Made by a program: the position numbers and the translations under genes. Below, one piece after another: positions 1 through 10,313 of a stretch of DNA of 64,000 bases. Source of the DNA: a bacterium (GTDB lineage Bacteria; Patescibacteriota; Minisyncoccia; Phycocordibacterales; UBA12088). The stretch spans positions 34,931 to 98,930 of the forward strand of contig QKEV01000017.1 in NCBI GenBank assembly GCA_003252295.1. The letters run 5' to 3'. The notes under the pieces were generated by a model, which had not been told where the DNA came from, searched no databases, and saw nothing but the letters and a program-made list of their open reading frames with translations. Every line of letters begins with the position of its first letter. The first letter of the stretch is position 1.

Positions 1-8
1 AAACTTCA

Positions 9-24
9 CCCCGCCCAAGCGGGG
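9..24 (-). terminator. hairpin 3' of fusA
   Basis: ccccgc-ccaa-gcgggg stem-loop 15 nt past the fusA stop on the minus strand. Confidence 0.35.
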
Positions 25-39
25 TAAACTCAGAACTCC

Positions 40-2190
40 TTACCCTCGAGCTGCTTTGATCTCCTCAGCAACATTGTTCGGTACTACAGCATAGTGATCG
101 AACTCCATAGTCATCTGACCACGACCCTCAGTCATAGAACGAAGTGTTGTGGTGTAACCAAACATCTCAGAGAGCGGTACCATTGCATTAATAGTTTGCA
201 TGTCCGTACCACGTGGCTCCATTCCCTCAATCTGCCCACGCTTACTTGAAAGGTGTCCATTGATGTCACCCATGAACTTCTCCGGAACAACTACCTCAAC
301 GCTCATAATAGGCTCAAGGAGTACAGCGCTCGCTTTCTTTGCAGCCTCTTGAAATGCCTGACTTCCTGCAATTTTAAAGGCAACCTCACTTGAATCAACC
401 TCATGGTATGAACCATCGTAGAGGTCAACAGAAACGTCTACAAGTGGGTACCCTGCAACAACTCCTCGTTCCATTGCCTCCTGAATACCTTTCTGTACTG
501 GGTTGATATATTCCTGTGGAATAACACCTCCCTTAATATTGTTGATGAATTCAAAGTGATCTTCTCGATATACGTTCTTTGCGATCTTTGCACCCTCTTC
601 AACCTCCTCAATTGGTTTGATACGAATCTTCACATGACCGTACTGTCCACGACCTCCAGTCTGCTTCACATACTTACACTCAGCCTCTGAACCCTTTTGT
701 ATGGTCTCACGGTATGCAACCTGTGGTCGACCAATATTTGCTTCAACATTGAACTCACGCTTCATACGATCAACAAGGATATCCAGATGCAGTTCACCCA
801 TACCACTGATAATGGTCTCATTGGTTTCATCGTCAGTCTCTACCCTAAACGTTGGATCCTCATCAGCTAGTTTATTCAAGGCAATACCAAGCTTCTCTTG
901 ATCAGCCTTTGTCTTTGGCTCAATACGTACCGCAACCACCGGCTCTGGGAACTTGATCTGCTCAAGAATGATTGGTGCTTTTTCATCACAAAGTGTATGA
1001 CTGGTCTTTGTCTCCTTAAGTCCTACAGCAGCCGCAATCTCTCCTGCAAACACTTTCTTAACCTCTTCACGCTTGTCTGCCTGAAGTCGTACAATACGTC
1101 CTACACGTTCCTTTGAACCGGTTGTAGTATTGTAGATATAGCTTCCTGCCTCAAGTGAACCAGAGTAAACACGGAAGAATGTGAGTGAACCTACGAATGG
1201 GTCAGTCTGAATCTTAAATGCAAGTGCACAGAACGGATCCTCATCTGATGGTTTGCGTTCCTCTTCAGCTTCAGTTCTTGGATTGATTCCCTTCACTGCT
1301 GGAAGATCAACTGGACTTGGAAGGTAGTCAACAACAGCATCAAGAACAGGTTGTACTCCCTTGTTCTTGAGGGCAGAACCACACATTACTGGGAATACCT
1401 CATTTGCAATAACTGCCTTTCGAAGGAGTTTCTTGAGCTCCTCAAGTGATGGCTCATTACCATCAAGATAGTTACTCATTGCCTCATCATCATTTTCTAC
1501 AATACGCTCAATGAGCTCGCTTCGGTACTTCTCCACATCTGCCATTAAGTTTTCTGGAATATTGTCAGACACCTCTACTTCCATACCCATCTGTCCACTG
1601 TAACGGTACGCCTTCTTTGAGAGCAAGTCTATAGCACCTTCATGTTGATCCTCCTCCCCGATAGGGATCTGCATACGCACCCCCTTCTTTGAGAGTCGGT
1701 CGAGAATAGACTGGTAGCTTCGTTCAAAAGAAGCACCTGTCCTGTCGAGTTTGTTTACAAAACAAAGTCGTGGCACATTTGCGTCATCTGCATAACGCCA
1801 GTTTGTTTCAGATTGTGGCTCTACACCAGCAACACCATCAAACACTACCACAGCACCATCGAGCACACGCATTGAACGCTGCACTTCAGCGGTAAAGTCG
1901 ATGTGTCCCGGGGTATCAATAATATTAAAACGGGTCTTGTTTGCCTGATCAGTCGGATCCTCACCAACTTTGGTCCAGAAACAGGTAATAGCAGCTGAGG
2001 TAATGGTAATACCTCGTTCACGCTCCTGTTCCATCCAGTCAGTCACCGTCTCCCCCTCATGCACCTCACCAATCTTATGGCTCATACCGGTGTAGAAAAG
2101 AATTCGCTCAGACACAGTGGTCTTGCCAGCATCAATGTGTGCAATGATACCGAAATTTCGTACTTTCTCTAATGGATAATCTCTATTCAT
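40..2190 (-). CDS. fusA: elongation factor G
   Basis: 716 aa. GTPase motifs [17 protein letters not shown] and NKLD, with the EF-G domain II-V order. Follows rpsL-rpsG, as in the str operon. Confidence 0.95.
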   Translation of the reverse strand: MNRDYPLEKVRNFGIIAHIDAGKTTVSERILFYTGMSHKIGEVHEGETVTDWMEQERERGITITSAAITCFWTKVGEDPTDQANKTRFNIIDTPGHIDFTAEVQRSMRVLDGAVVVFDGVAGVEPQSETNWRYADDANVPRLCFVNKLDRTGASFERSYQSILDRLSKKGVRMQIPIGEEDQHEGAIDLLSKKAYRYSGQMGMEVEVSDNIPENLMADVEKYRSELIERIVENDDEAMSNYLDGNEPSLEELKKLLRKAVIANEVFPVMCGSALKNKGVQPVLDAVVDYLPSPVDLPAVKGINPRTEAEEERKPSDEDPFCALAFKIQTDPFVGSLTFFRVYSGSLEAGSYIYNTTTGSKERVGRIVRLQADKREEVKKVFAGEIAAAVGLKETKTSHTLCDEKAPIILEQIKFPEPVVAVRIEPKTKADQEKLGIALNKLADEDPTFRVETDDETNETIISGMGELHLDILVDRMKREFNVEANIGRPQVAYRETIQKGSEAECKYVKQTGGRGQYGHVKIRIKPIEEVEEGAKIAKNVYREDHFEFINNIKGGVIPQEYINPVQKGIQEAMERGVVAGYPLVDVSVDLYDGSYHEVDSSEVAFKIAGSQAFQEAAKKASAVLLEPIMSVEVVVPEKFMGDINGHLSSKRGQIEGMEPRGTDMQTINAMVPLSEMFGYTTTLRSMTEGRGQMTMEFDHYAVVPNNVAEEIKAARG

Positions 2191-2292
2191 ATCTGTTGAT
2201 AAAAATTGCTAAAAAAACGCGCCACGCGCTAGTGGTGCTACTATATATAATATTACCCTTTTACACAAGCCCAGTAGTGAAAAACTGTAACA

Positions 2293-2877
2293 CTACTCAA
2301 ACCCTTTAAGTGAAAGTTCACTTGAGATCTTTTTATACAACTTTTCATAACCATGATTGTTTGGATGAATACCATCAACTAGATCAGCTGAAATATCAAG
2401 TATAGAGAACATGTCAATAAACTGAATAGAGCACTGTTCAGATACTTTTTTCAGAATGGCGTTATATTTCATGACACGTTCAGTAGTGAACAGGTACTTC
2501 TCTTTTGAAATCTTTTCCACATCTACAGAGGTCACACCAACTACCGTAACCGAACCTGTCACCTCTTTTGCCTTTGTAAAGAGGTGGGTAAGATTCTCAG
2601 CAAACTCCATCTCTGTAACCTTTGGTTCACTATTTTCAACAAATAGTTTTGAGTCGTTCAGACCAATACCAAATATGACATGTTGTGGTTTGATACGTTC
2701 AAGTTCTATCTCAAACCTTTTTCGTAAATGCTTGGTATTCTCACCACACGTACCAAAGTTGTACACGTGGACATTATCGTTACAAGGAAGTGACCTACGT
2801 AGCCTCCCTACCCAACCAAGTGCGTCTTTGTCATGCGCACCATACACAATACTGTCTCCCCAAACCCCAATGATCAT
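2293..2877 (-). CDS. SGNH/GDSL-family hydrolase
   Basis: 194 aa. N-terminal GDS block (VWGDSIVYG), GLND block and C-terminal DGIHPN catalytic-His block. Confidence 0.6.
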   Translation of the reverse strand: MIIGVWGDSIVYGAHDKDALGWVGRLRRSLPCNDNVHVYNFGTCGENTKHLRKRFEIELERIKPQHVIFGIGLNDSKLFVENSEPKVTEMEFAENLTHLFTKAKEVTGSVTVVGVTSVDVEKISKEKYLFTTERVMKYNAILKKVSEQCSIQFIDMFSILDISADLVDGIHPNNHGYEKLYKKISSELSLKGFE

Positions 2878-2909
2878 TGTTACTACTTGTTTATATTAAG
2901 TACAAAAAA

Positions 2910-2935
2910 ATAGGAACCCCTTTCGGGGTTCCTAT
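2910..2935. terminator. bidirectional rho-independent terminator
   Basis: Perfect hairpin ataggaacccc-tttc-ggggttcctat, flanked by A and T runs, 3' of rpsG. Confidence 0.7.
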
Positions 2936-2942
2936 TTTCAAT

Positions 2943-3413
2943 TTACCAAGCAAAATGTGCAAATGCTCTATTGGCTTCTGCCATCTTGTGTGTATCCTCC
3001 TTTTTCTTTATTGCCACACCCTCATTGTTGGCTGCTGCAATAAGTTCTTCTGCATAAAACTTTGATGCTGGACCTCCACTCTTTGCTCGTGCTGCTGCAA
3101 TAATCCATCGCATTGCTAGAGCCTGTCGTCGTTCTGGTCGTACCTCACGTGGTACCTGGTAGTTTGCACCACCAACACGTCGTGAGCGCACCTCTACTGA
3201 TGGTCCTACGTTTCGTATTGCTTCTTCAAACACTTCAAGTGGCTCCTTATCCTTCACCTGTTCCTTTATCTCATCAAGCGCATCGTAAATGATCTTTCGT
3301 GCAGTCTCTTTCTTTCCGTCGAGCATGACACTGTTGATGAACTTCTCAAGACGTCTGCTTCCATAGCGATTATCTTTAGCAATTCGTAGTTTCTTTTTTA
3401 TTGGTCGTCGCAT
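2943..3413 (-). CDS. rpsG: 30S ribosomal protein S7
   Basis: 156 aa with the full-length uS7 sequence pattern. Lies between rpsL and fusA. Confidence 0.95.
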   Translation of the reverse strand: MRRPIKKKLRIAKDNRYGSRRLEKFINSVMLDGKKETARKIIYDALDEIKEQVKDKEPLEVFEEAIRNVGPSVEVRSRRVGGANYQVPREVRPERRQALAMRWIIAAARAKSGGPASKFYAEELIAAANNEGVAIKKKEDTHKMAEANRAFAHFAW

Positions 3414-3416
3414 ATT

Positions 3417-3830
3417 CTATGAAGTTTTTGGTTTCTTAGCACCGTACTTAGATCGTCCCTGTGAACGCTTCTCAACACCAGTAGCATCAAGTTTACCTCG
3501 AACAATGGTATATCGAATGTTAACATCCTTCACACGACCTCCACGTACAAGTACTACTGAGTGCTCCTGAAGGCTGTGTCCCATTCCTGGAATGTATGCT
3601 GAAACCTCCTCACCATTTGTCAATCGTACACGTGCGTATTTTCGGATAGCAGAGTTAGGCTTACGAGGTGTCTTTGTTGTCACCTTCACACAAACACCAC
3701 GCTTAAACGGCGCTGGGTAGTATGTTGGTTTATTTTTAAGTGTATTGAAACCTTTACTAAGTGCCGGAACTTTTGACTTCCGCACCCTGTCCTTACGTGG
3801 TTTCTTGATAAGCTGATTTATTGTTGGCAT
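3417..3830 (-). CDS. rpsL: 30S ribosomal protein S12
   Basis: 137 aa. Contains [18 protein letters not shown] and RGGRVKD, which are uS12 hallmarks. Confidence 0.95.
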   Translation of the reverse strand: MPTINQLIKKPRKDRVRKSKVPALSKGFNTLKNKPTYYPAPFKRGVCVKVTTKTPRKPNSAIRKYARVRLTNGEEVSAYIPGMGHSLQEHSVVLVRGGRVKDVNIRYTIVRGKLDATGVEKRSQGRSKYGAKKPKTS

Positions 3831-3934
3831 ATATTTCCTACACCGCGTCCCTCACTAGGTGTGCCCTAGAGCAACTATCTCAGTGAGATACACAGTGGCA
3901 GTACTGTACTATGTTAGTGAAAATAATGCAAGCC

Positions 3935-4336
3935 CTATGCACTATCTTTATAAAGTTCTTGTAACTTATGAACTGCCTCCTCCACAGTGGGAACAACAAG
4001 TCCACTCTTCTTCACAAAATCAATAGACCATCTTGGTTCTCTATCATCAGGATAAATAATTACCATCCTTTTTGACTGCTCACCTGGAGTTTTGGTACTT
4101 AACCTAAGAAAGTAACCAATTTCAATCCATGTCCCTTCTGATGGTTTTGTACCTACGTTTGCAACCAGAAAATCTGCACTCGAAACTGCTTCTAGGTCCT
4201 GTGGAAAGTAAGTGTCGGGGGATGATTGATCTGAGTCGATATCTGGATCATAAAAAACAAACCCATTCAAATCAGCAAAAGCACTTCTCCAAGGATCATA
4301 CTTGTTTGGTTGTCCTGCCAAGTACACTTTTTTCAT
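3935..4336 (-). CDS. nucleoside 2-deoxyribosyltransferase-like protein
   Basis: MKKVYLAG N-terminus and a WIEIGY block, typical of the N-deoxyribosyltransferase/YtoQ fold. I chose the ATG at 4336 because the upstream ATG at 4363 lies inside the tig terminator hairpin. Confidence 0.45.
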   Translation of the reverse strand: MKKVYLAGQPNKYDPWRSAFADLNGFVFYDPDIDSDQSSPDTYFPQDLEAVSSADFLVANVGTKPSEGTWIEIGYFLRLSTKTPGEQSKRMVIIYPDDREPRWSIDFVKKSGLVVPTVEEAVHKLQELYKDSA

Positions 4337-4350
4337 ACAACCCAGTATAC

Positions 4351-4376
4351 ACAAAAGACCCATACGGGTCTTTTGT
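4351..4376 (-). terminator. terminator 3' of tig
   Basis: acaaaagaccc-atac-gggtcttttgt hairpin. A near-identical module recurs at 5711..5736. Confidence 0.6.
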
Positions 4377-4408
4377 GCTCCACAGTTCTAAACTACTCTC
4401 TCTAAACT

Positions 4409-5542
4409 CTAGTGATCGTGATTGCAGTGTTCATCATGCACATGCTTGTCCTCCGTAACTTCAGTGGAGGAGGAAGCTTTCTTCTCCTCTGACTTCTTCC
4501 CCTCAAGCATGTCAAAGACGAGCTCATTAGTCATTTGTGCCGCTACATATATCGCCACTGACTCTTCATTTGCATCCGGGTAGTGTTCTTTAATGTGAGC
4601 AACTTCACGTGCAAGCTTCTCAGTATCTGGCTTAACACCCTCCTTCTTTGCTATCTCGTTAAAAATAAGTTGCAACTTCGCCCTCTTCTCAGCATCCGGA
4701 CGCCACTCTTTACGAAGATCATCCATAGTTTTCTTAATCTGTTCAAGATATGCATCGAGCTCCAAACCTGAGCGAGTTACTCTGTCAGTGAAACTTGCAA
4801 CCATCTGATCTATCTCACCCTCAACAAAGAGACTCGGTACCTCGAGTTTACTCTTTTTGATCACCGCCTCAGCGAGTGAAAGTCGTACTTTCTCTTTCTG
4901 CTTCTGCTCCCGTTCCATCCCTATCTGCTCTTTCATCTTTTCTTTCAGGTCAGCAAGGTCCTTGAATCCTCCAATACTTTTTGCAAACTCATCGTTCAGT
5001 TCAGGTGCAGGTGACTTCTCTTCACCTTCCTGTGCAGGAGGTGTCATCATTTCCTGTAGGCGCCTTAACTCCTTGTTAACATCCTCATCAGTTACTTCTT
5101 CCACCTTCTCTTTAGAGACCTTCTTTATTTCCTCAGCAGCGATCTTTTTGTAGTCAGGGAGTTCAACCACTGGATACACGGCACTCTTGATCTTGAAGCC
5201 AACAGGGTTTCCCGGTGCAAGCTTTGTAATAGTAACCATTGGTCGCCCGACAACATCAAGTTTCTTATCAGTAACAATGTCCGCATAGGTTTTTCCAAGT
5301 GCGAGTTCTGCTATCTCTTTCATTATCTCACTCTCTCCAACCTGTTTTACTATCATTTCTTCAGGCACGTTTCCTTTCCTGAAACCAGGAAGTTCTATAC
5401 TCCTTTGAAATTTCTTTATTGCCTTATTTCTATATGTTTCTGCTACTGCAACAGGTATCTCACCGGTTATTTCAATTTCAGAGCCTGGTAGTTTTTCCAC
5501 CTTCACCTCTGCGTATGTTGTATCTTTTTTTTCTTCAGTCAT
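4409..5542 (-). CDS. tig: trigger factor with His-rich C-terminal tail
   Basis: N-terminal ribosome-binding motif (ELPGFRKGNVP) and a PPIase-like middle region. The C-terminus is unusual: HVHDEHCNHDH. Confidence 0.8.
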   Translation of the reverse strand: MTEEKKDTTYAEVKVEKLPGSEIEITGEIPVAVAETYRNKAIKKFQRSIELPGFRKGNVPEEMIVKQVGESEIMKEIAELALGKTYADIVTDKKLDVVGRPMVTITKLAPGNPVGFKIKSAVYPVVELPDYKKIAAEEIKKVSKEKVEEVTDEDVNKELRRLQEMMTPPAQEGEEKSPAPELNDEFAKSIGGFKDLADLKEKMKEQIGMEREQKQKEKVRLSLAEAVIKKSKLEVPSLFVEGEIDQMVASFTDRVTRSGLELDAYLEQIKKTMDDLRKEWRPDAEKRAKLQLIFNEIAKKEGVKPDTEKLAREVAHIKEHYPDANEESVAIYVAAQMTNELVFDMLEGKKSEEKKASSSTEVTEDKHVHDEHCNHDH

Positions 5543-5710
5543 CCCATTAGAAATTATATTTTAGTAATTTTTTATTTGTGTACTTTTTACAATTAAATCT
5601 TGTGTAGCAACTCCCGTCTGTAATCAATAATCTCTAACGGGACGATGTATGTGCGTGAGCATAACGCGATATGTATCTAAGTGCAACACATGCGATTTAT
5701 ATCATTCAAA

Positions 5711-5736
5711 ACAAAAGACCTTTAAAGGTCTTTTGT
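5711..5736 (-). terminator. terminator
   Basis: acaaaagacc-tttaaa-ggtcttttgt hairpin, followed by ctctaaactc repeats. Paralogous to the tig terminator. Confidence 0.55.
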
Positions 5737-5762
5737 ACTCTAAACTCACACCTCTAAACTCC

Positions 5763-6137
5763 TTACTCTACAAGCATCTGATCAAGTTCAGACTCAATAG
5801 CATTAAACTCACCATCTAGATCACTTAGTTCGGTTGTATCTAAATCATTCTCAATAGCTTCAATATCATCTGAGGTGCTGAGTGGTTCCATCTGATCTGT
5901 AGGTACTGTTACCTTATCTTCTATTTTTTGATCCATTGTAGTGTCCTTCATTTTACCTTGCTCTATGCTAGATCCCCACATATACATGAGTGCAAGCACA
6001 ACGACAACAATCGATATAACAACCCAGATAACAACCTTTTTTGAATCTCCCTTCACTCCCTGCACAGTTACTTGTTCATCCTGCTGTTCAACAGGAGTAT
6101 CTATATTTGTTGTTTCGTTTGTATGTTCTTCATTCAT
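5763..6137 (-). CDS. hypothetical acidic single-pass membrane protein
   Basis: 124 aa. One hydrophobic helix (VVIWVVISIVVVVLALMYMW) and a very acidic C-terminal half. Confidence 0.45.
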   Translation of the reverse strand: MNEEHTNETTNIDTPVEQQDEQVTVQGVKGDSKKVVIWVVISIVVVVLALMYMWGSSIEQGKMKDTTMDQKIEDKVTVPTDQMEPLSTSDDIEAIENDLDTTELSDLDGEFNAIESELDQMLVE

Positions 6138-6162
6138 AGTTGCTGTATTATCTTATAAGAAA

Positions 6163-7329
6163 CTACTCACCAAGTTCCCAGTCCACCTTCTTTCCATTCA
6201 TGCGAACATTCGCTAGTCGTGCCTCCTCACTTGCTTCAATCTGCACCTCAAATGGTTGCATACTTGGCTCCTCAGTACAATTATCAACCTCAGTACCTGA
6301 AGTTGCTACAACATCGATAGTTATTTGTTCAGGGTATGACTCTGCAACAATTGCCATGGTTTCAATATACATACATGCTTCAACAAGTACTTCTCCTTTA
6401 TACGTATGTACACCCTCACTGTATGCATGTGTAATTATTATTGAATCCCCTTCAACCACATTTCTTTCTTTTTCATCATCGTCATCTGTAACAAAAACTT
6501 CCATTGAAGCTTTTATATTTTCAACTACTTCTTGCAACTGTTTATGCACTTCCACAATACTCTCTTTTGTGAGAGCAACTACTTCACGAAGTTCATCAAC
6601 TTGTGCTTTTGGATCTTCAGAAGTGAAGGTGTCCATAGAAACCTCACCTAGAAGCACTATATTTTCTTTAACAGAATCTAAGAGTGTGTACACCTCAGCA
6701 AGTGCCTCACGCGCTTCAGCTAAATCTACATCATGCATCTCCTCAAGTTTACTAATTCGTTCCTCAATACGTGCAGCTATCTGCTCAAGTCGATCAACAA
6801 CAGTATCCATACGGTTAACCATATTCTCGGACAATGTACTCAAGCGCGCTTGCTGCTGAACAGAGAGACGTGCCTGGTACTCCTCTTTACGTTCTTCACG
6901 TTCCTGTTTTCGTTCCTCAAGGCGTGCCTGTAGTTGTTCCTTCTGCTCTTCAAATGACGCTCTCATTTCTTCACGCTGCTGCTCAAAGAGTTCTTGGCGT
7001 TCATCTCTATTCTCTTCAAACAGTTCTATACGTTCTCGTAAGGATGTACTGGCAGCTTCCTGGAAGTCACTCCTTGCCACACCATCCTCGCGGAGTGCAC
7101 CAAATGTTTCTTTACGTTCTTCATAGAGTTCCTTTCGTTCCTCTATCTGCTCGTTAAACAGCGCTTGACGCTCATCCATGTTTGCCTGCATTTGCTCTCT
7201 AAGAGTATCTGCGTCAGTTGTTTCTTCAGCGTGTGCAATGAAAGCTAATGCGCCAAGCACAAAAAAAAGCACGATTGCCATAGCAAGTGGCACAAAACGT
7301 GCTGTTTCAACAGTGTTTTTTTGATTCAT
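6163..7329 (-). CDS. membrane-anchored coiled-coil protein with conserved C-terminal domain
   Basis: N-terminal TM helix, a long E/R/K-rich heptad region, and a C-terminal ~100-aa domain (THAYSEGVHTYKG...NGKKVDWEL). That domain is homologous to the C-terminus of the protein at 44544..46412. Start set at the ATG at 7329. Confidence 0.6.
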   Translation of the reverse strand: MNQKNTVETARFVPLAMAIVLFFVLGALAFIAHAEETTDADTLREQMQANMDERQALFNEQIEERKELYEERKETFGALREDGVARSDFQEAASTSLRERIELFEENRDERQELFEQQREEMRASFEEQKEQLQARLEERKQEREERKEEYQARLSVQQQARLSTLSENMVNRMDTVVDRLEQIAARIEERISKLEEMHDVDLAEAREALAEVYTLLDSVKENIVLLGEVSMDTFTSEDPKAQVDELREVVALTKESIVEVHKQLQEVVENIKASMEVFVTDDDDEKERNVVEGDSIIITHAYSEGVHTYKGEVLVEACMYIETMAIVAESYPEQITIDVVATSGTEVDNCTEEPSMQPFEVQIEASEEARLANVRMNGKKVDWELGE

Positions 7330-7527
7330 GATGGTTAGTTTATGTAGAGATCTGTACAAAAGCAATGTACCTCTACCTCTTGAGTATACTTCAAAAAGAT
7401 ATTTCTTTGGAACGTTTTATCGACAGTTGCTTTTATAAGGTTAATGTTTGACGGCATCACGTAACCTCATATATACCAAAAAACACCTCAAACTTAAGGT
7501 GTTTTTTGTGTAATTTGCTGCCGTGTT

Positions 7528-8076
7528 CTATTTTCCTTTCTTATCTGCAAACTTTTCGTTGTAGATATCAACGCTCTTCTTAACAATCTCAATAGCCTTC
7601 TCTCGTCCTTCATAACCATTGGTTTCCACTGGAGCTGGCTTACCCTTCAATGACTTGTAGGTCTGGAAAAAATGCTCAATCTCTTTTAGCGTATGCTTGT
7701 TAATATCCTTAAGGTCATTCACATCATCCCAACGCTTGTCATCAGCTGGCACTGCTATCACCTTCATGTCAGACTCACCATCATCAATCATATCGAGCAC
7801 TGCCACAGGACGAACTGATATGAGAATTCCTGGATTGAGTGGGAAGGTTGTTAAAACAACAACATCAAGCGGGTCGTTATCCTCCCAGTATGTCTGTGGA
7901 GCAAAACCGTAGTCAAACGGATAAGGTGCTGCTGTGTAGTTTGCTCTATCAAGCGCAATGAGTCCTGTCTCTTTATCTACCTCATACTTGTTGTATGAAC
8001 CTTTTGGTATCTCAATAATAGTGTTAATTACTTCTGGTGCCTCTTTGCCAAGTGGCACGCCATGCCATAAATCCAT
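7528..8076 (-). CDS. ppa: inorganic pyrophosphatase (family I)
   Basis: 182 aa. EIPKGS, NKYE, DGDPLDVVVL-like and DDK motifs. Confidence 0.9.
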   Translation of the reverse strand: MDLWHGVPLGKEAPEVINTIIEIPKGSYNKYEVDKETGLIALDRANYTAAPYPFDYGFAPQTYWEDNDPLDVVVLTTFPLNPGILISVRPVAVLDMIDDGESDMKVIAVPADDKRWDDVNDLKDINKHTLKEIEHFFQTYKSLKGKPAPVETNGYEGREKAIEIVKKSVDIYNEKFADKKGK

Positions 8077-8124
8077 AGTTGTGCTTTGTTTACCTAGTAA
8101 GTTTTACAAAATATACTCCAATCA

Positions 8125-9486
8125 CTACGCTTTGTCTTCTTCCTTTTCTTCTACTTCTTCCTTTTCAGCATTTTCTTCAGTAGTCTCAGCACCCTCTTCC
8201 TCGGTTTCCTTCTCGATAGTTTCCTCAACCTCCTGCTGTACCTCTTCTTCAACTTTTACTTCTTCCTTATCTTCGCTAGAAGATTCATCTTCAGGTATGG
8301 TTACTGCTCCCTCGTCATTTACTTCAGCAACACTTTCACCTTGAGCAGAGTGTATATCTATACGCCAACCGGTAAGTTTTGCTGCAAGTCGAACATTCTG
8401 TCCTCCACGCCCAATAGCGAGTGATTGCTGATCTTCTGCAACCTCAACCACTGCTCGGTGCTCTTCTTCTTCAATCTCAACATCAAGCACCTTTGCTGGT
8501 GAGAGTGCATCTTCAATAAAGTGCACTTCTTCTTCTGACCACTCAATAATATCGATCTTCTCACCTCCAAGTTCACTCATAACAGTTGAAACACGCACAC
8601 CACGCTGTCCAACGAGTGCACCAACCGGGTCTATCTGATCATCTGTTGTAAATACCGCAATCTTTGATCTGCTGCCCGCTTCACGAGCAATTGCCTTTAT
8701 CTCAACTGTTCCATTCGCTAACTCTGGTGCCTCCTGTTCAAAGAGTTTTAGAAGGAAGCGAGGATGACTACGAGATACTCGTATCATGACACCTCGTGGA
8801 CCTTCCTCAACTGAGTAGAGGTAAGCACGTACACGTTCTCCCTGACGAAAACGTTCTCCTGGAATCTGTTCATCGTATGGCATGACTGCTTGTGCCCTGC
8901 CAAGATCGAGGAAAATGTTCCCCCGTTCAACTCGCTGTACTGAACCAGTAACAATCTCTCCTTCTCGTCCTTCGAACTCTCCAAGAATAGAGACCTTTTC
9001 TGCCTCACGAATTTTCTGAATGATTACCTGCTTTGCAGTTTGTGCTGCAATACGTCCAAAATCGTCTTGTGCCTCAAGTGGAAAAACCATTTCATCATCC
9101 ACCTGCACATCCTTCTTGATACGCTTTGCATCCTCAAGAAGCATGTGCTTCTCAGAATCATAACGTACACGATCATCCTCCTCGTCTGTTGGTGCATTTG
9201 GGTCAACAAGCGGACGTTCAAACTCAGTACCATCTTCATTGAACTCTGGGTACTCGGTTGGGAACCATACACGAGTATCATCAACAACAAACTTCACCTG
9301 GTAGAACTCTGTCGTACCAGTATCCATATCAAATTTTGCACGAATCACCTGTCCACGACGTCCGTACTCTTTCTTGTACGCTGTAGCAAGTGCTGTGCCT
9401 ATTGCTTCAATAACGCTCTCACGTGGAATACCACGTTCCTCTTCAAGCTCATTTAAAACGCTATTTATCACCTTTAAATCAAACAT
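8125..9486 (-). CDS. nusA: transcription termination/antitermination factor NusA
   Basis: NusA N-terminal domain, S1 and two KH domains (IGRGGQNVRLA). It ends in a ~50-aa poly-Glu tail rather than AR1/AR2 repeats. Start set at the internal ATG at 9486 (MFDLKV). Confidence 0.9.
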   Translation of the reverse strand: MFDLKVINSVLNELEEERGIPRESVIEAIGTALATAYKKEYGRRGQVIRAKFDMDTGTTEFYQVKFVVDDTRVWFPTEYPEFNEDGTEFERPLVDPNAPTDEEDDRVRYDSEKHMLLEDAKRIKKDVQVDDEMVFPLEAQDDFGRIAAQTAKQVIIQKIREAEKVSILGEFEGREGEIVTGSVQRVERGNIFLDLGRAQAVMPYDEQIPGERFRQGERVRAYLYSVEEGPRGVMIRVSRSHPRFLLKLFEQEAPELANGTVEIKAIAREAGSRSKIAVFTTDDQIDPVGALVGQRGVRVSTVMSELGGEKIDIIEWSEEEVHFIEDALSPAKVLDVEIEEEEHRAVVEVAEDQQSLAIGRGGQNVRLAAKLTGWRIDIHSAQGESVAEVNDEGAVTIPEDESSSEDKEEVKVEEEVQQEVEETIEKETEEEGAETTEENAEKEEVEEKEEDKA

Positions 9487-9702
9487 AATCTGTGTATTTA
9501 ATTGTTTATTTAATTGTATTGCCAAAAAAGAAAAGTGCCCCCGTTCGGGGACATTCCTGACATGCATATCGTAACATAAAGAACGCATCTGTCAAACATC
9601 CACAACAAAATATCCTCATTGACATGAAACAGAAGAAAAGTACCATACATTCAGGAATAACACACAGCACACATCTTCAACACCTACCAACAAGGAGAAC
9701 AA

Positions 9703-10089
9703 ATGGACGAGAAAGTTATCGTTGTTCAAAAAAAAAGAAATGAGGGTCACATAGCTATCATTTTTGATCACCAATACCCTCATACCATTCCACCAACTGT
9801 CGGTGATATTTTGCCAATCTATGGTGTCATGTTTCTAAAAAATACTGACTTGTTGACTGGAAAAGCAAAGCAGATACAGATCACAGTATATGATGGTGTC
9901 TATGAAGTACTGGAAGTCTACACCGGTAAAGGAAATATGCTTTTACAAAATCCGACCAATAATCTCATTTCACTTAATGATGAGTGTTCTGGGTACGGAA
10001 TTGTTGTAGAAAAACAAAGGGATCTCACAGAAGTTGATATTGACTTCACTGTAGAACCCCTCTCAGACATGGTCATCTGTCTGTGCTGA
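9703..10089 (+). CDS. hypothetical protein
   Basis: 128 aa. Strong SD (caaggagaacaaATG). Confidence 0.45.
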   Translation: MDEKVIVVQKKRNEGHIAIIFDHQYPHTIPPTVGDILPIYGVMFLKNTDLLTGKAKQIQITVYDGVYEVLEVYTGKGNMLLQNPTNNLISLNDECSGYGIVVEKQRDLTEVDIDFTVEPLSDMVICLC

Positions 10090-10313
10090 GTAATAGCATT
10101 TCAGAGACAGCAGTTTACCCTATCCCACACATACACGTGTGGGATTTTAACTCCTACATTGTCACCATGACAACTTTGTTGAAAACATACACACACAAAC
10201 CATGCGTTCATTGGTACAATACTGAGAACGAGGGAGTTATCCCTACGGGCTGGTACCATCACAATATACTGATGTGCTTTTTGTGTAGTGAACACTGCCA
10301 GCAAAAGTAAGCA

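Noticed and set aside
4337-4363. Upstream ATG (4363) as the start of the deoxyribosyltransferase-like gene
   Set aside because: That ATG lies inside the tig terminator hairpin, so the next in-frame ATG (4336, MKKVYLAG) is the more plausible start.
6140-6859. Long antisense ORFs inside large genes (for example 6140..6859 +, 27141..27926 +, 45640..46032 +, 59697..60206 -)
   Set aside because: They lie opposite well-supported conserved genes. They are Ser/Thr/Ala-rich translations typical of the antisense frames of acidic coiled-coil or conserved genes, and they have no RBS.
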